Assembly (NCBI GenBank): GCA_002633005.1
Contig: NMRA01000053.1
Span: 382,131-446,130 of the forward strand
DNA from: Phoronis australis
Lineage: Eukaryota > Animalia > Phoronida
Length of the DNA stretch: 64,000 bases
Reading direction: 5' to 3'
Positions 1 through 12,100 of the stretch are shown one piece after another; position 1 is the stretch's first letter, and each line of letters opens with the position of its first letter. Under the pieces are notes generated by a model. It did not search any database. It had not been told where the DNA came from and saw only the letters and a list, made by a program, of their open reading frames with translations. The translations under genes and the position numbers were made by a program.

Positions 1-1071
1 TTGGTTGCTAACGAGACAATAAATTATGCACGAGTCTGCTTATTTTTTTCTGACTAAATAAAAGCAGGTATGCGCAACACCACCACATTAAAAAACACTG
101 TGATAAGTCGAGAGAAAACTGATGGATTCTGGACTGTGCTTGTTTTTATAATGCAATGGAGCTTTTTAGTTGATCATTTTACATTAGCCACTCCCCGAAT
201 ACTACAGCACCCTCTCCGATTCTGGTTATTTACCAACAATGATGCACTTCCGTGGGACACTCAATGCCCTCGATGCCCTAGTTCCATCTAAAAATATTCA
301 AAAATCGCAAATTCCAATATTAGACCCAAAAATTCTTCTCCAATGATTAAAAAATTCCCCTCAAGGTTAGAATCCCATTTGACTTACAACACCCTCATCT
401 TCAGAAGATTTCATTCATTAATTACAAAAATCCTCACTTTACAATAATGTCTTTTGTTTATAGTTGTCTCGAACCCAGAACCTGATGTCTGCGTTCAAGA
501 TTACATTAAAACCGCCCAGACAACTGTAAACCGCTGCCAAGCTAGTCACTTATATTGCAGAGTATTAGTTTGCCATTCGTCATGCTGCTGTCAATTAATT
601 TTTCCTGTTCCATAGTAATGGTAAAGCACGTCCAAAATTTTTGAAAAGCTGAGTGAGTGGAGATAAATCCTTCCATAATCCAACATGGCTCTGAATTGCC
701 TTAGCCACCATATCTCTACCTCTTTAAATTAGTGGAAACCTAGATCAAGGAATATGGAAGAGTGAGATACGTCCTGATTTTAAAACATTCAAGGCTTCAC
801 ATAATCACTTAATAGTAAATATTGTCGAGTTGACACAGTTGCATGAAAACGCCGCAAACATGGACTCGTTTACCGGATTTGTTGAGTTGTGAAAAAAATG
901 ATTGAATTATTTACTACTGTATAGCAGCCACAGTAGTTGCCAATGACCATCGTCTCTGCTGGCGCAGCCAGAAGTTGGAATGGGAGTTGGGACGTGGAGA
1001 CTGGCGGGGGAGGTGTAGTTACATATGTTATTATAGGGAGTAGACGGCAACCCAAGGGTGTGAAATTTCTT

Positions 1072-1358
1072 CTTAGGATGTCGTTGATGTCTTTAATTCC
1101 TTCCAGCTCGAACAAATACTCTCGTAATCAAACTTATTCCTCGAGCAATTCCTCATTCAATTCCCTAAATCGGAAATTGGCCATTTTTAATGCTGTGCGT
1201 GGCAGGTAGTATGACGTCATATCCCCTGGCCTGCGCAGTGTAAAAATGCCCAGTTACCAATTTTGGGAACTGAACGAGGGACTGCTCGAAGAAAAAGTTT
1301 GATAACGGGAATATATATTCGAGTTGGAAGGATTTAAACACAACGACGGCCTCCTAAG
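1072..1358. mobile_element. Fold-back MITE-like element: about 290 bp imperfect palindrome centred on ATGACGTCAT
   Basis: The left arm (CTTAGGATGTCGTTG...) is the degenerate reverse complement of the right arm (...CAACGACGGCCTCCTAAG). The same terminal sequence recurs at about 44446-44495. Confidence 0.7.
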
Positions 1359-2529
1359 GTATCCCTCTATTCGCAAAAAATAGACACCGGTGACCTAAAG
1401 TCGTGATTATAAGCATAATAAGCAGCTGATTGTCATACTACCCAATGTCCGTTAGCAACTGCTCATGTGATGTCATGGACATGTATCAGTCTTCACAAAT
1501 ATATGTGTTTTGACAATCTTAATCCTTGTTTGTCTCCATAAGCAGAGTTTTGAAACAGTCGCTGATATCGCTGGCCATTTTGAATGAGGCCCTGAAGTCG
1601 TGACTGTTTCGTTTAGACAGAAATACACGAAGCAAGACCACACAAGTCAACTACAGACGGCATAAAAATGCATTGCATTGTTTATTAATTCGGTTTCAAT
1701 TGAAATAAATTGATATATGTTTTGCACCCAACTTTGATGTGCACAGACGTTTTCAATGAGGGTGTTCACGTAAAACGCTAAGGACCCAGCATCAATTACC
1801 TCTTTATTTTATTGCTTTGGCCTTACAAAACTTTATCGACCCTGGGACATTTTGATACATTGTTCAAGCTACCTCTGGAGCGCGTGTTTGAGTAAATCTA
1901 ACGATGAATATTTTCGAAAATATATCCCAAAAATGCACAAAAAAGTGGATGAAATATGCTTTTTTTAAGACACATTTGAAAAAAAGAAGCCACTCACTCA
2001 CTGTTTGTTATCATATTGTGAATACGAACACGTCCAGGTATTCCTTTGACGTTCATAAGCAGACGATTGCCTGAAACTTCAACGCCAGATGTCGTGGGAC
2101 CACGCAAAAGAGGAAATAAGATCGTTCACAACTTAACCCGCTTTAGCTTTAGGGCACTCACAACTTTAGGACCTCTGACGGTATTTATAACAATGTGACT
2201 TTTGATGTTTTAGTCACCGAAAAGCTTCTGGTGTATTCCTATAGAAGCTACACCGTCTCTACTGCGCCAGCTAGAGACGGAGGTCACTGTCTATCACGAT
2301 ACTATCACACTCTTTCACAGATCTCACGTTTTTTGTTTTACTTTTAGATTCCGCAAGTGCTGCATAACAGATAGAATTCAGACACGAAAACTCACCAAAA
2401 GCACTGAATATGCTAGAAAGTACTGAACAGGTGACCTTGCACGTCCATCCATTTTTCAAGAAATGTCTGCGTTCCGACCGCTCCAAATATTTCTTTCCAG
2501 ATGCAAGCGCAGATGGCCTGCAGAAAGGT

Positions 2530-3134
2530 TTCCTGTCAAAAATGGCCGGTCGCAGACGTGTAATCTCTATTGAATGAGAATTAAATTTTCAAGTACACAA
2601 ACAAAATAATTGAGAATATTGTTTATTTAGTGAAAATTTAGTATGAAAAGATATCAAAAATTCTTTAAAAATTACTTTAAAAAAAATATTTAAATTTATA
2701 TGTATTTCCCAGCAAAATAATTGACAGATACTTCCTCTTGAGCATGCGCATTAGAAAATACTTCTTTCGCTTGGAAGTTTTGTGAACTTGCTTTTCAATA
2801 TTTTGATAATAATCCAAAGACGGCTTGTCCAAGAGTTCGCATTCATTTTTAAAATGATTCAAAATAAATGAAAACATCAGAAAAATGAAAAAAGAACTCG
2901 GATAGGCTGTGTTTAAGGTAAGAATCTTTAGTTCTAGAAATGGTTTCCTTGACGAAATCCGACGCCAATTTTTGACACAGCGGATTTACGACGGTCACAA
3001 ATCCTGTTGCCTGGTTTTGCAATGAATTGAGCTGGTTGACTGTCCAGTATTGTGTCTTGGGATAAAGCTGATAATTTCTCCAAGCTTAAAACTGCGATTT
3101 TTTTGTTGTGTTTTGATGTTTGTAGGTGGTCATC
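2530..3134 (+). promoter_or_regulatory. BBS9 promoter and 5' UTR region, with a likely non-coding first exon ending at 2917 and an intron at 2918-3125
   Basis: Donor AAG|GTAAGA at 2917/2918 and acceptor TTTGTAG| at 3125, 9 nt before the ATG. NRF1-like GCATGCGCA near 2742 and YY1-like AAAATGGCCG near 2539. Confidence 0.5.
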
Positions 3135-6100
3135 ATGTCTTTGTTCAAAGCGCGTGAATGGTGGTCGACAACTGTCGGAGAAGAAGAAGAGTTTGACCTT
3201 GGCTGTCTGTGTGTGGCCAACATTGACAACCATGCAAATGGTCAAGGTGAGTGATTACTCGTATAAGTATGCTTGCACTCGTGTGCTATCCAGTATACAT
3301 ATCATATTACATATCATATCCTTATTGTATTGTTGTATAACTACAACCACAGGTTTACTAGCTGGGGCCTGGGCTTCTCGAAGTACTCACCAATTAAAAC
3401 ACAGTTATCCAAGCTTGAATAAAACCCAATCTAGATGCTCATTCCTTATGGCCTGGTTGCATGGTAAAAGACTGCCAACAGCCTCCCGCCAGCATTATAA
3501 GTTACGAAAAAACATCCGGGTAATCATAAAACTGACAAATAACTTGACATCACAGAAAGATCAAGGATGAATGATGTTGATGATTACAATAGCATACTGC
3601 AGTGAACCATAAGAAAGTTTTTCCATAAATTCGTGCGTATCTCCCTTCCCATACACTATACCTCTCCCAACGCCGTGGTACTCTGCACTCACTGGCCCCT
3701 TTCACCACCAATCTCAAAACCCCTAAGAAACACTGGTGTATGTATAAAGTATGTAACAGTGATGCTGTAAAAGATCGAAATAAGCTCCCGTGCGTGAGCC
3801 CCTGATTAAAAGTCATGTACCTTAATCAGTTGACCAAGGAGCAATTAGCGGAGGTCAGTCTGAATTGAACAGGTTGTAAATAAATGGATTTGTAAATATG
3901 GTTAGGAATTAATATTAATAGAATATAGAGAACCGGACAAATACAGATAGTGTTAACTAATAAGGCTCTTTTTATCAAAATGTTGATCATCGAACTCTTC
4001 CGACTTCGTTTCACTATTCATGCTTGCTTCAGAAAGGGGCTGGGCCTTTGACTTCATTCACTATTTACTGCTTGTTATCTGATTGTAGACAAAATAATCG
4101 TTGGAAGCTTCCATGGTACACTTCGCGTATATCACCCACGACCATCAAAAACGGAAAATGGCTGGAGCGGGTTCAAACCTGAAGACCAGATGCTGGAAAC
4201 AAACCTGAACTTCCCAATTCTGCAGATTGAGGCTGGGCGATTTGTGTCGTGAGTGTCGAATTGCTTGCTTTGTCAAACTAGCTTGCAGGATCTTTAAGAT
4301 GTGACTGTTATACAAATTTCACAACTATTTGTCTGGTTTGTAATCAAATGTTATAGTATTGTCATTTTCATACACCTTGCCATATGATGTGCATTTAAAA
4401 ATTATTCTACAGGGCTGGATGCTAGACATAACAGCTACTCGCTATTTTTGAGTTGGCATAATTCCAGTTCGTGGGAGATGAGGTAACTAAAACACGAAAA
4501 CATCGTCGGCAAGGGCTGAAAATGAACTGAATGACATACCTGAAGTGAAAAACAAATGCCTGTTGGGGTGTAAACGAGACAATGCGGAAAGCATCTTTTT
4601 GGTCAAACAGAAAATTCGGAGTGTTTCGTGCGCTCTATAAGAACCAATATTTCCCTCTCAGACTCATTATCCTGCGTAGCCAGTATCTTCACCTCTTTGG
4701 TCAGAAGTAGGCAATTGCCACACCTTACCTGTGCATGACCCATAAATGGCCATTCCGATTTTTCCAGAATGATTCTGACTTTCGTCAGTTTACTTAATGT
4801 AATATTTTGAGCACATGCTCAGATAGGTGGGTGGCGACCTGGGATTTTTTCAGGTCAACAAAATCTGAGGTCATATTGGTGACCTGCAAGACCAGATTAT
4901 AACACGTTCTGGATTTTAGAATTGTGTTGTGGCAATACATCAGTGAAACATTTAGGTTTTGATAAAAGTTATTCTGACATTCTTTAAATTTCCTACTGAA
5001 AATGTTGCTTTAGCATTTAAGTATTGACAAATTTTAGATAACCAACATTCGTTGTATTTCATTGTTTTCCAGTGTTAATGAGAAGCTACACTTGGCAGTG
5101 CTTCATTCAAGAAAGTTAGTGATTTACTCTGTATCTATGGTAACTGGTGCTGTGGAGCATGGCTGCCATTATCAACTAAATCAAATATACGAGCATGTGC
5201 TTAAGCGAACCGCTTTCTCCATGTGCATTGGTCCATTTGGTGGTGTGAAAGGTAAGCGCAGAGTAACCATATGCAGGTAAATGGCATGCTATATAGTGAA
5301 TCTTGCCGGTTTTTTTCCTAACAATGTATGTGTACCCCTGTTTCACAAAAATGCTTATATAAAAATATTGACTACGCATGATTTAGTAAATGTATAGATT
5401 AGTAGAGAGAAATTTAATTTGGTAGAAGTAGTTTGTGCGTGTGTGTAAAGACGCTTTGACGAGGCGTACGTGTAACTTTGATTAAAGGCGACTTATGAAT
5501 CTGCACACAATGTCTTGAATGCCTCTTTTTGGTTTCATCTGAACATGAATTCTGATACTCATCTTTAGTGCTTTACTTTTAAAAATACTTACAACTTTTC
5601 CATGATTTCAGTAATTTGTCAAAACAACAATTCTAGACATATTGAAACTTAAGACTAACAGTTGCTTAAAAGTTTTAGCTGCCAACAGGCGTCCAACTTC
5701 CAACTTCTGTTGCTCAAAATGATGTAAGAATTTCAACTTGTGCCATAAGCTTAGAGTGATTTCTTGGTTTGAGAAAGTTTGACTGATACAAATTCAGATT
5801 TTACCTAAATATTATAGATTGTCCACGAATTGATGTCGAAGACTCTGGTACGTCACTAGTTGTGGGATAATAAGAATTCTACGAAAACATGTAAAATGGA
5901 AGTTCAAAGTGTCTTTGAGGACTGATTCCTGACATTCAGCTGTTGCCTGCAGTATTTTTTACTAGCAGAGTAATATTATGCCTGTTTTTTCTCTTAAGGA
6001 AAAGACTTCCTATGTGTACAGTCTATGGACGGCACAATTTCTGTGTTTGAACAAGAAAGCTTCTCCTTCTGTCGGTTCCTACCGGGGGCACTGCTGCCTG

Positions 6101-9100
6101 GCCCCATCAAATATGTGCAGAAGACCGACAGTTTTGTCACCGTATCCTCTGGCAGACAAGTGGAAAGTTATAGGTAGGCAGACGCTATGGTGCAGGGTAG
6201 ACTTGAATCTTAACTGCAGCCGTTCAGTGGCTGTTATGAAACAAACACTGTTTTCGCTGATGTTGCGTTGTGCAATGTGGCACACTCTCTCTCTTAACAT
6301 TCGATTCTTCACCTTACCTCCACACCATAATTTTGTAGGGGAACGACAATCTATTCCCATAAACTGACAGGCAACGCTTTTGTTCGACCCAAACTCAAAG
6401 TCGGATGTGCAAGAGGGGCAAACCTGATAAGAACAAAACTCATTCCTGGAAATTTTGCTCAGACATTTGTCATTTTTGTGCGAATCATTTGAACACCCTT
6501 TGTACAACTGTGGCAACTCGACAGCATGGTCGCAAACAATTTATGAAAAAAAACGCCGAGGAATACCACTGCGTTATATCCCTTTCAATACTGTGTTATA
6601 TCCCTGTCAATACTGCGTTATATCCCTGTCAATACTGCGTTATATCCCTGTCAATACTGCGTTATATCCCTTTCAATAAGAATGCTGAGGAATACCACTG
6701 CGTTATATCCCTTTCAATAAGAATGCTGAGGAATACCACTGCGTTATATCCCTTTCAATAAGAATGCTGAGGAATACCACTGCGTTATATCCCTTTCAAT
6801 AAGAATGCTCCTCACCAACTACTCTTCCGCCATCTTGCGACAAGGTGTTTTTCATGATATCAAAATATGACTATTGCTGTTATTGCAATACCGCGGTTGT
6901 CTTTTCAGTTCTGGTAAGATCTCATCAATTTTGGACAATTGCCATAATTTTGGTAATTGCTGAAATTTTACCGTTTTCATTTTTCAAGGAAACATTGTGA
7001 ATGCCCTCATTTTTTCCAACTGTTTCCCATTGTAATCTATAGTACAGAACTTGGGTATGGCAAAGCATCATTTGGGGACTTTGAAAAAGTAAGAAAATGT
7101 AATATCACCTGTTCTCCATTTTGTGTCCTTAATTGGTCAGATTTTAACCGTTCTTGACGTTTCTCCTGGTTACATTATTTAAAGTTTATTGTGTAATGTT
7201 GCTGTCTTAGGTATCAAGTGTTGGCCACTGCCACTGATGCGAAAACCAAAGAAGAATCACAGAGCATCAAGTCAGGAAAACGTGTGGCGGTAAGCTGTTG
7301 CAGTAGTTGTGTTTGACAGTGCATTTCTGTCGCTAAACAGTAACTGTGGAATTTAAACTCCCAACTAATTTGTATTCCTTGAACAATTGTGTTTTCCGAG
7401 TGCCTTGAAAATTCAGATATTACTTTATTTGATGGTGCATGTACTGTTTTGAGCTAACACAATTTTCAACTTGCAATCTGTGAGTGTTGTTCAGAAAATG
7501 ATCGGCACTTTATGGCTATCAAAGTCAGAAAAAATGTTTGGGAACTTATTGCAAAGAATACATCAGTGACGGTATATGTCTTGTGACTATTCCTTGAAGG
7601 TGGTATCGTGTCAATTGTGTTGTCGGTTGTCAATCTAATTTAAGACTCATCAGACTGAATGTAGGTTCAAAACAAGTTGTCATTGTCCTCGTTGTCAAAT
7701 TCGGTAGAGACCACAAAGCTGTCTTTTGACCTTCTTGTGGATAGACGAACACTGTTGCATGCTCTTCGTTGAGTAATGATTTGTGGGATATGCCACTCTC
7801 TTGCTTGGTCATGACTGGAGTAACATGTATTTCATTTGATGTATAGAGTCGACACTTGCTGTCCTACTGTACATTATCCTGATGATGTCTTATGAATAGA
7901 CGAAACGTTGAGTTAACATGAACTTTTTTATTTGTGCGGCGATTGTCCGTTTTCTAATCGTACTATGGCCAAAAAATGATGCGATTATCATGGTAGTGGT
8001 ATTGTATATTTTTCTATTCAACATTTTAGTGTTTTCAGTTCCAAGCATCCTTCTTTTTAGATTGACTGGGCATTTAACATTGGAGAACAAGCCGTTGACT
8101 TGTGTGTGGTGGCATTTAGCCAGAATACAGCAATTTACGTGTTAGGTGAGTGTACACAATTTACACAATATCTTGAACCTCCTTGTCTCTCAGTTTCTGG
8201 TGTTTGTTTTCAGGTTGGTATTATCTAAGTTAATGAATGTGAAACATTATGGTTGCTAAACTCACACTCTTGAAAATTGTATATAACGGTGGTAACCATT
8301 TGTGATTTAAGGATTATGTACAATGTTTAATACAGAAATTATACACCCGTGTCATGTTTAATTCTTACTCCTTGAAGACTGTCAGTGGTGGTTTCATCAT
8401 TGCTTTTTGCTAGTCAAATAGTTCATCGATGTTTGTGGTTTTCTGCAGGTGAAAGGAATGTGTACTGTCTAACAGAGTTTGGAAAACTGAAACACATGAA
8501 GAAATTTGAGTACAACCCAAGCTGCTTTTTACCATATGGCAGTGGTGAGTTTTGTCGGTCTAGATTTTTGTGTTTATGCGGTTTTGCCAAAGCCCTTTAT
8601 TTGTGTTAGGATTTTGGTTTTGTCTTTTGCAAAAACATCCCCCAAGAACATATGTCAGGCCACAAAAAGCATCTAGAAGCATCCAGTTGGTTCTGGTTTT
8701 TACCCTGACTTATTTTATGAACAGTGCTCATCAGTTTCAGCCAAGGCATAGTTTTTTGAAATTGTTAAGGTATATAAGCAAGGCTTGAAGTGCCATGATT
8801 TGTCAAGCAATGAGCTAAAAACTTCTGCATCATTTTTGCCGGTATCGGGTAGATTACCTTTTTGAAAAAGTGACTAATTAAGAGATACCCCCACTCGATT
8901 TTCAAGAAACGACCACTACCAATTGTAATTGATTGTTCCTTTGCCATGGATGATGCGAATTCTTTCTCTCTGCCAAGCAAAGGGAAATCTCACCCGTTTC
9001 AGACAAAATAATTGCTGAAACTGGTCTTTTAAAATTTTTAGATTGTTGTGAAGGCCCACTATTCTTCAAAAGGTTGTACCTATGAAGTACAATTTAAGAG

Positions 9101-12100
9101 TAATAAAAGCATTGATTTCCTTTGGTGTTACTTATGAAGAAAATTAAAATGAAGTTGCAATTGTCCACCACAGTGTCTTCTAAATTAGTTTTTTAGTCCA
9201 CATTTTGGTTCTAATACTGGTCTTGTTTTTGTTTCCAGTGATAGAGGGCACTACCAACTACATGGTGGCCACCCACACCAGCTCACTGATGATCTACCAG
9301 GATGTGACCCTCAAGTGGGCTGCGCAGCTACAGCATATACCTGTGCAGGTCAAGCTGGGTAACTTTCAGTACGTATCTCTCTGACAGTGACCAGTGTGGA
9401 TGAATCACTGCGCTGACTGTTATTGCATTCCAGTTCATGTAATTGCATGAAATGACCAAATTGTTGAGTTATTGCCAGTCATTTCCGTTCTCAGCACAAT
9501 CAGCTGTGTCCTATTTCTTTTAGCATGCATTGTAGTAGCAGGGGTTACTGTCTTGTGTGTTTAGTAAACACTACCCGTGTCATTTTCCATTTGTTTTTCT
9601 AAGCAATAAATATGGACTGCATCTTGCTTAGAATAGTTTGAATGTTGGTGTTCTTTAAGCAAAAGGTGGTCCGTATTAATATCAATTTCCTTTGACCTTG
9701 GTTCTATTCTAGTCGAGACGATTCTCTTGGATTGAGAGATTTATTTTGACCTTTTAATCCAGTTTTTTTGCATTTAACTTGAGAGCAAAAATGGGACCTG
9801 CATTACGAAACCACAATTTCTGTTGTCATAGCATTATCTAGACCATTCGACATAAATGCAAATATTTGTTACGTCATATTAACAACATTTGCAATGTCGC
9901 ATCTACTATTCAAAACAATAACTATTGGCTATTAATTCAAAATTAGGCACACCTGTTGTAGGTTACAATCGTTTGCTAACTTCTCTCCCAACGTTGAACT
10001 GTCTCGGTTAAACTACATCTCGTAAGTTAGTTACGGACAACAGTGGTGGGAAGAAATTACCCAGACACAAATTCTTTTCTTTTTTGACAGAGATCTGAAG
10101 GGCGTCATAGTGATGCTGAGTGACCAAGGCCATATTGACTGTTGCTACCTGGGTACTGACCCCGCCATGATGGTGCCGCCATCGTCAGAATCGCGCGAGA
10201 TCAACTATGCCGAGCAGGATGAGGAGATGAAACGCTTGCAGAAGATCATCAAACAAAAGAGCAGCAAAGCAGGTGACTAGCCATTAATAAATTAATATAA
10301 CTGGCATTGAGACCTCTTACCGTTATGAACTTGGTCTCAAGTTATTCCTTAGTTAAATTGGAGGTGAGTTCAGGGCTTTGAAATAGCTGACCATCCGTTA
10401 TTGCTGGATACCAAGATTTACAAGTTGGCTTGTCATGGCGTGTCATTTTATGGGCTGAGCATTCTCTGCAGGAATTACAAACTGTCAGTTCTTTGCGAAC
10501 CCCAAAAAACACTTTTCATCTGATTAAGGAACAATTTAGTCAAAACTAATTTTACAGCGCTAAGTAATCTGAACCAAAAGTTCGCTTCTTGGATGGAATG
10601 TGGGTTTATATCACTGCTTTGACAGAAATCAAAGGAATAAATTAGCATGGCAGATGACTCAAGTAGTTTTCCCTGTGATGATATAAGCATGAATTACTTA
10701 CTTTTAAGTCACTGTTTGGAATAAAATGCGAGCTCCGTGGAATTCCAATGTGACTAGCTCCATCTAGTGTTCTTTAAAGTCCCCAACTGCCTCTCTGATG
10801 TATTTGTAATTCACAATGTACTTTGACTGCTTTTCAACTGGTTGTAGTGCTACACGGTGTGGAAATCGACCGTTTTTGTTCAGGCACATTCATGGCATAA
10901 AAAAATAATATTTTAGTTAAAATTTGAGAAGAATGTCCCTCCAGAGTGTTTTGGTTACGCGTTTTTTCTTCTTTGCAGAGGTGATTTTTTAGGGCAAGGT
11001 ATTCCATTCGTGTTCAATGCATTTTAACACTGCAACAGTTCATGTTGAAGGTATATTTATGCAGCTAAAGTCATGATGCCTTCGATTCCACTTCTACCAA
11101 CACTTGCATGTCAACCTTGAACTCACACTTACAATTATTTAAATGTGTTGCTCTTCAGCTGTTCTACCCACCTCAAGTGCTGACAGTGATATACAAGTCA
11201 TCACTTCCGTTCCCAGAGATTTGGATGCAGTTTCTGTAAGTATAGGAAAGACACTTAGAGAAAGCTCGCTGCCTGTCCTTTGAAGTCGTACTAAAATGTT
11301 AACAGCTGCTTTACTGCTGAGCATTTTCATACGGTTGCCATTGACAACAGTTTAGCTGACAGTAGTTAGTTGACAGTATTACTATCTAACCAGGATTACA
11401 GTTTTCTGACTATAACAGCTTTCTAATGCTGCCTTTCAATGGTAGACCACTCACCATTTTTATGCGCCCGCATATTATATGCGGGTGCATATTGCCGCTA
11501 TCTCTGTCTCGCTATCTGCCAAACCGCTCGAAGGATCTTTCTTAAAATTGATGTGTTTCTGATGAGAAAACGACTGTTAAAGTCAATTTTCGAACGGATT
11601 TGACTACTTTGGCTCCCCTTGTGGCAATTTCATTTCTTGCGTCTAAAGCTGTATCGCCTAGACCTTTGAACTTTGGGGGATTTGTTTCCTACGGAATCAA
11701 CAACGGATGACGAGTTTCAGACCACTCTGACAACGGCTGTGCCCCATAGTGACAGTTTTATTTTTTAAGTTTGTATCTGTTCATTGATGGATTTTCACAA
11801 ATTTTGAAAGTAGGTTTCCATTAAAAAGACGATGTTCCGTTTTCGGTTCAATTCAATGTATTTTTACACCACCTAATAGCCATATTTTCCGTGCGTTTTT
11901 GGCATCCGCTTCTTTATACATCAAAGCCCTTCAGGAATAATGTTAAAAACTTAACAGGTGTCTTCCCGACGATAAGACCATAGCTGGCGTTAATTTTTGG
12001 ATGGGTGTGACTACTCTGGCCCCTCCTAGTGATGATTTTGTCATTTTTGCATCCTCGGCTGTATCTACTTAATCCTCTCTGTGATCTTTGTGAAATTTTG

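Noticed and set aside
2272-2395. snoRNA-host arrangement of the short upstream introns
   Set aside because: I found no C/D or H/ACA box pattern in these introns.
3052-3570. 172-aa ORF and other ORF-track entries overlapping BBS9 or RAB3GAP1 exons (for example 5978-6367 and 32438-32941)
   Set aside because: These are off-frame or antisense shadows of real exons with no recognisable protein features.
6558-6808. CRISPR-like appearance of the short direct repeats here and at 16112-16311
   Set aside because: The units are contiguous with no unique spacers, there are no cas genes, and the context is a eukaryotic intron.
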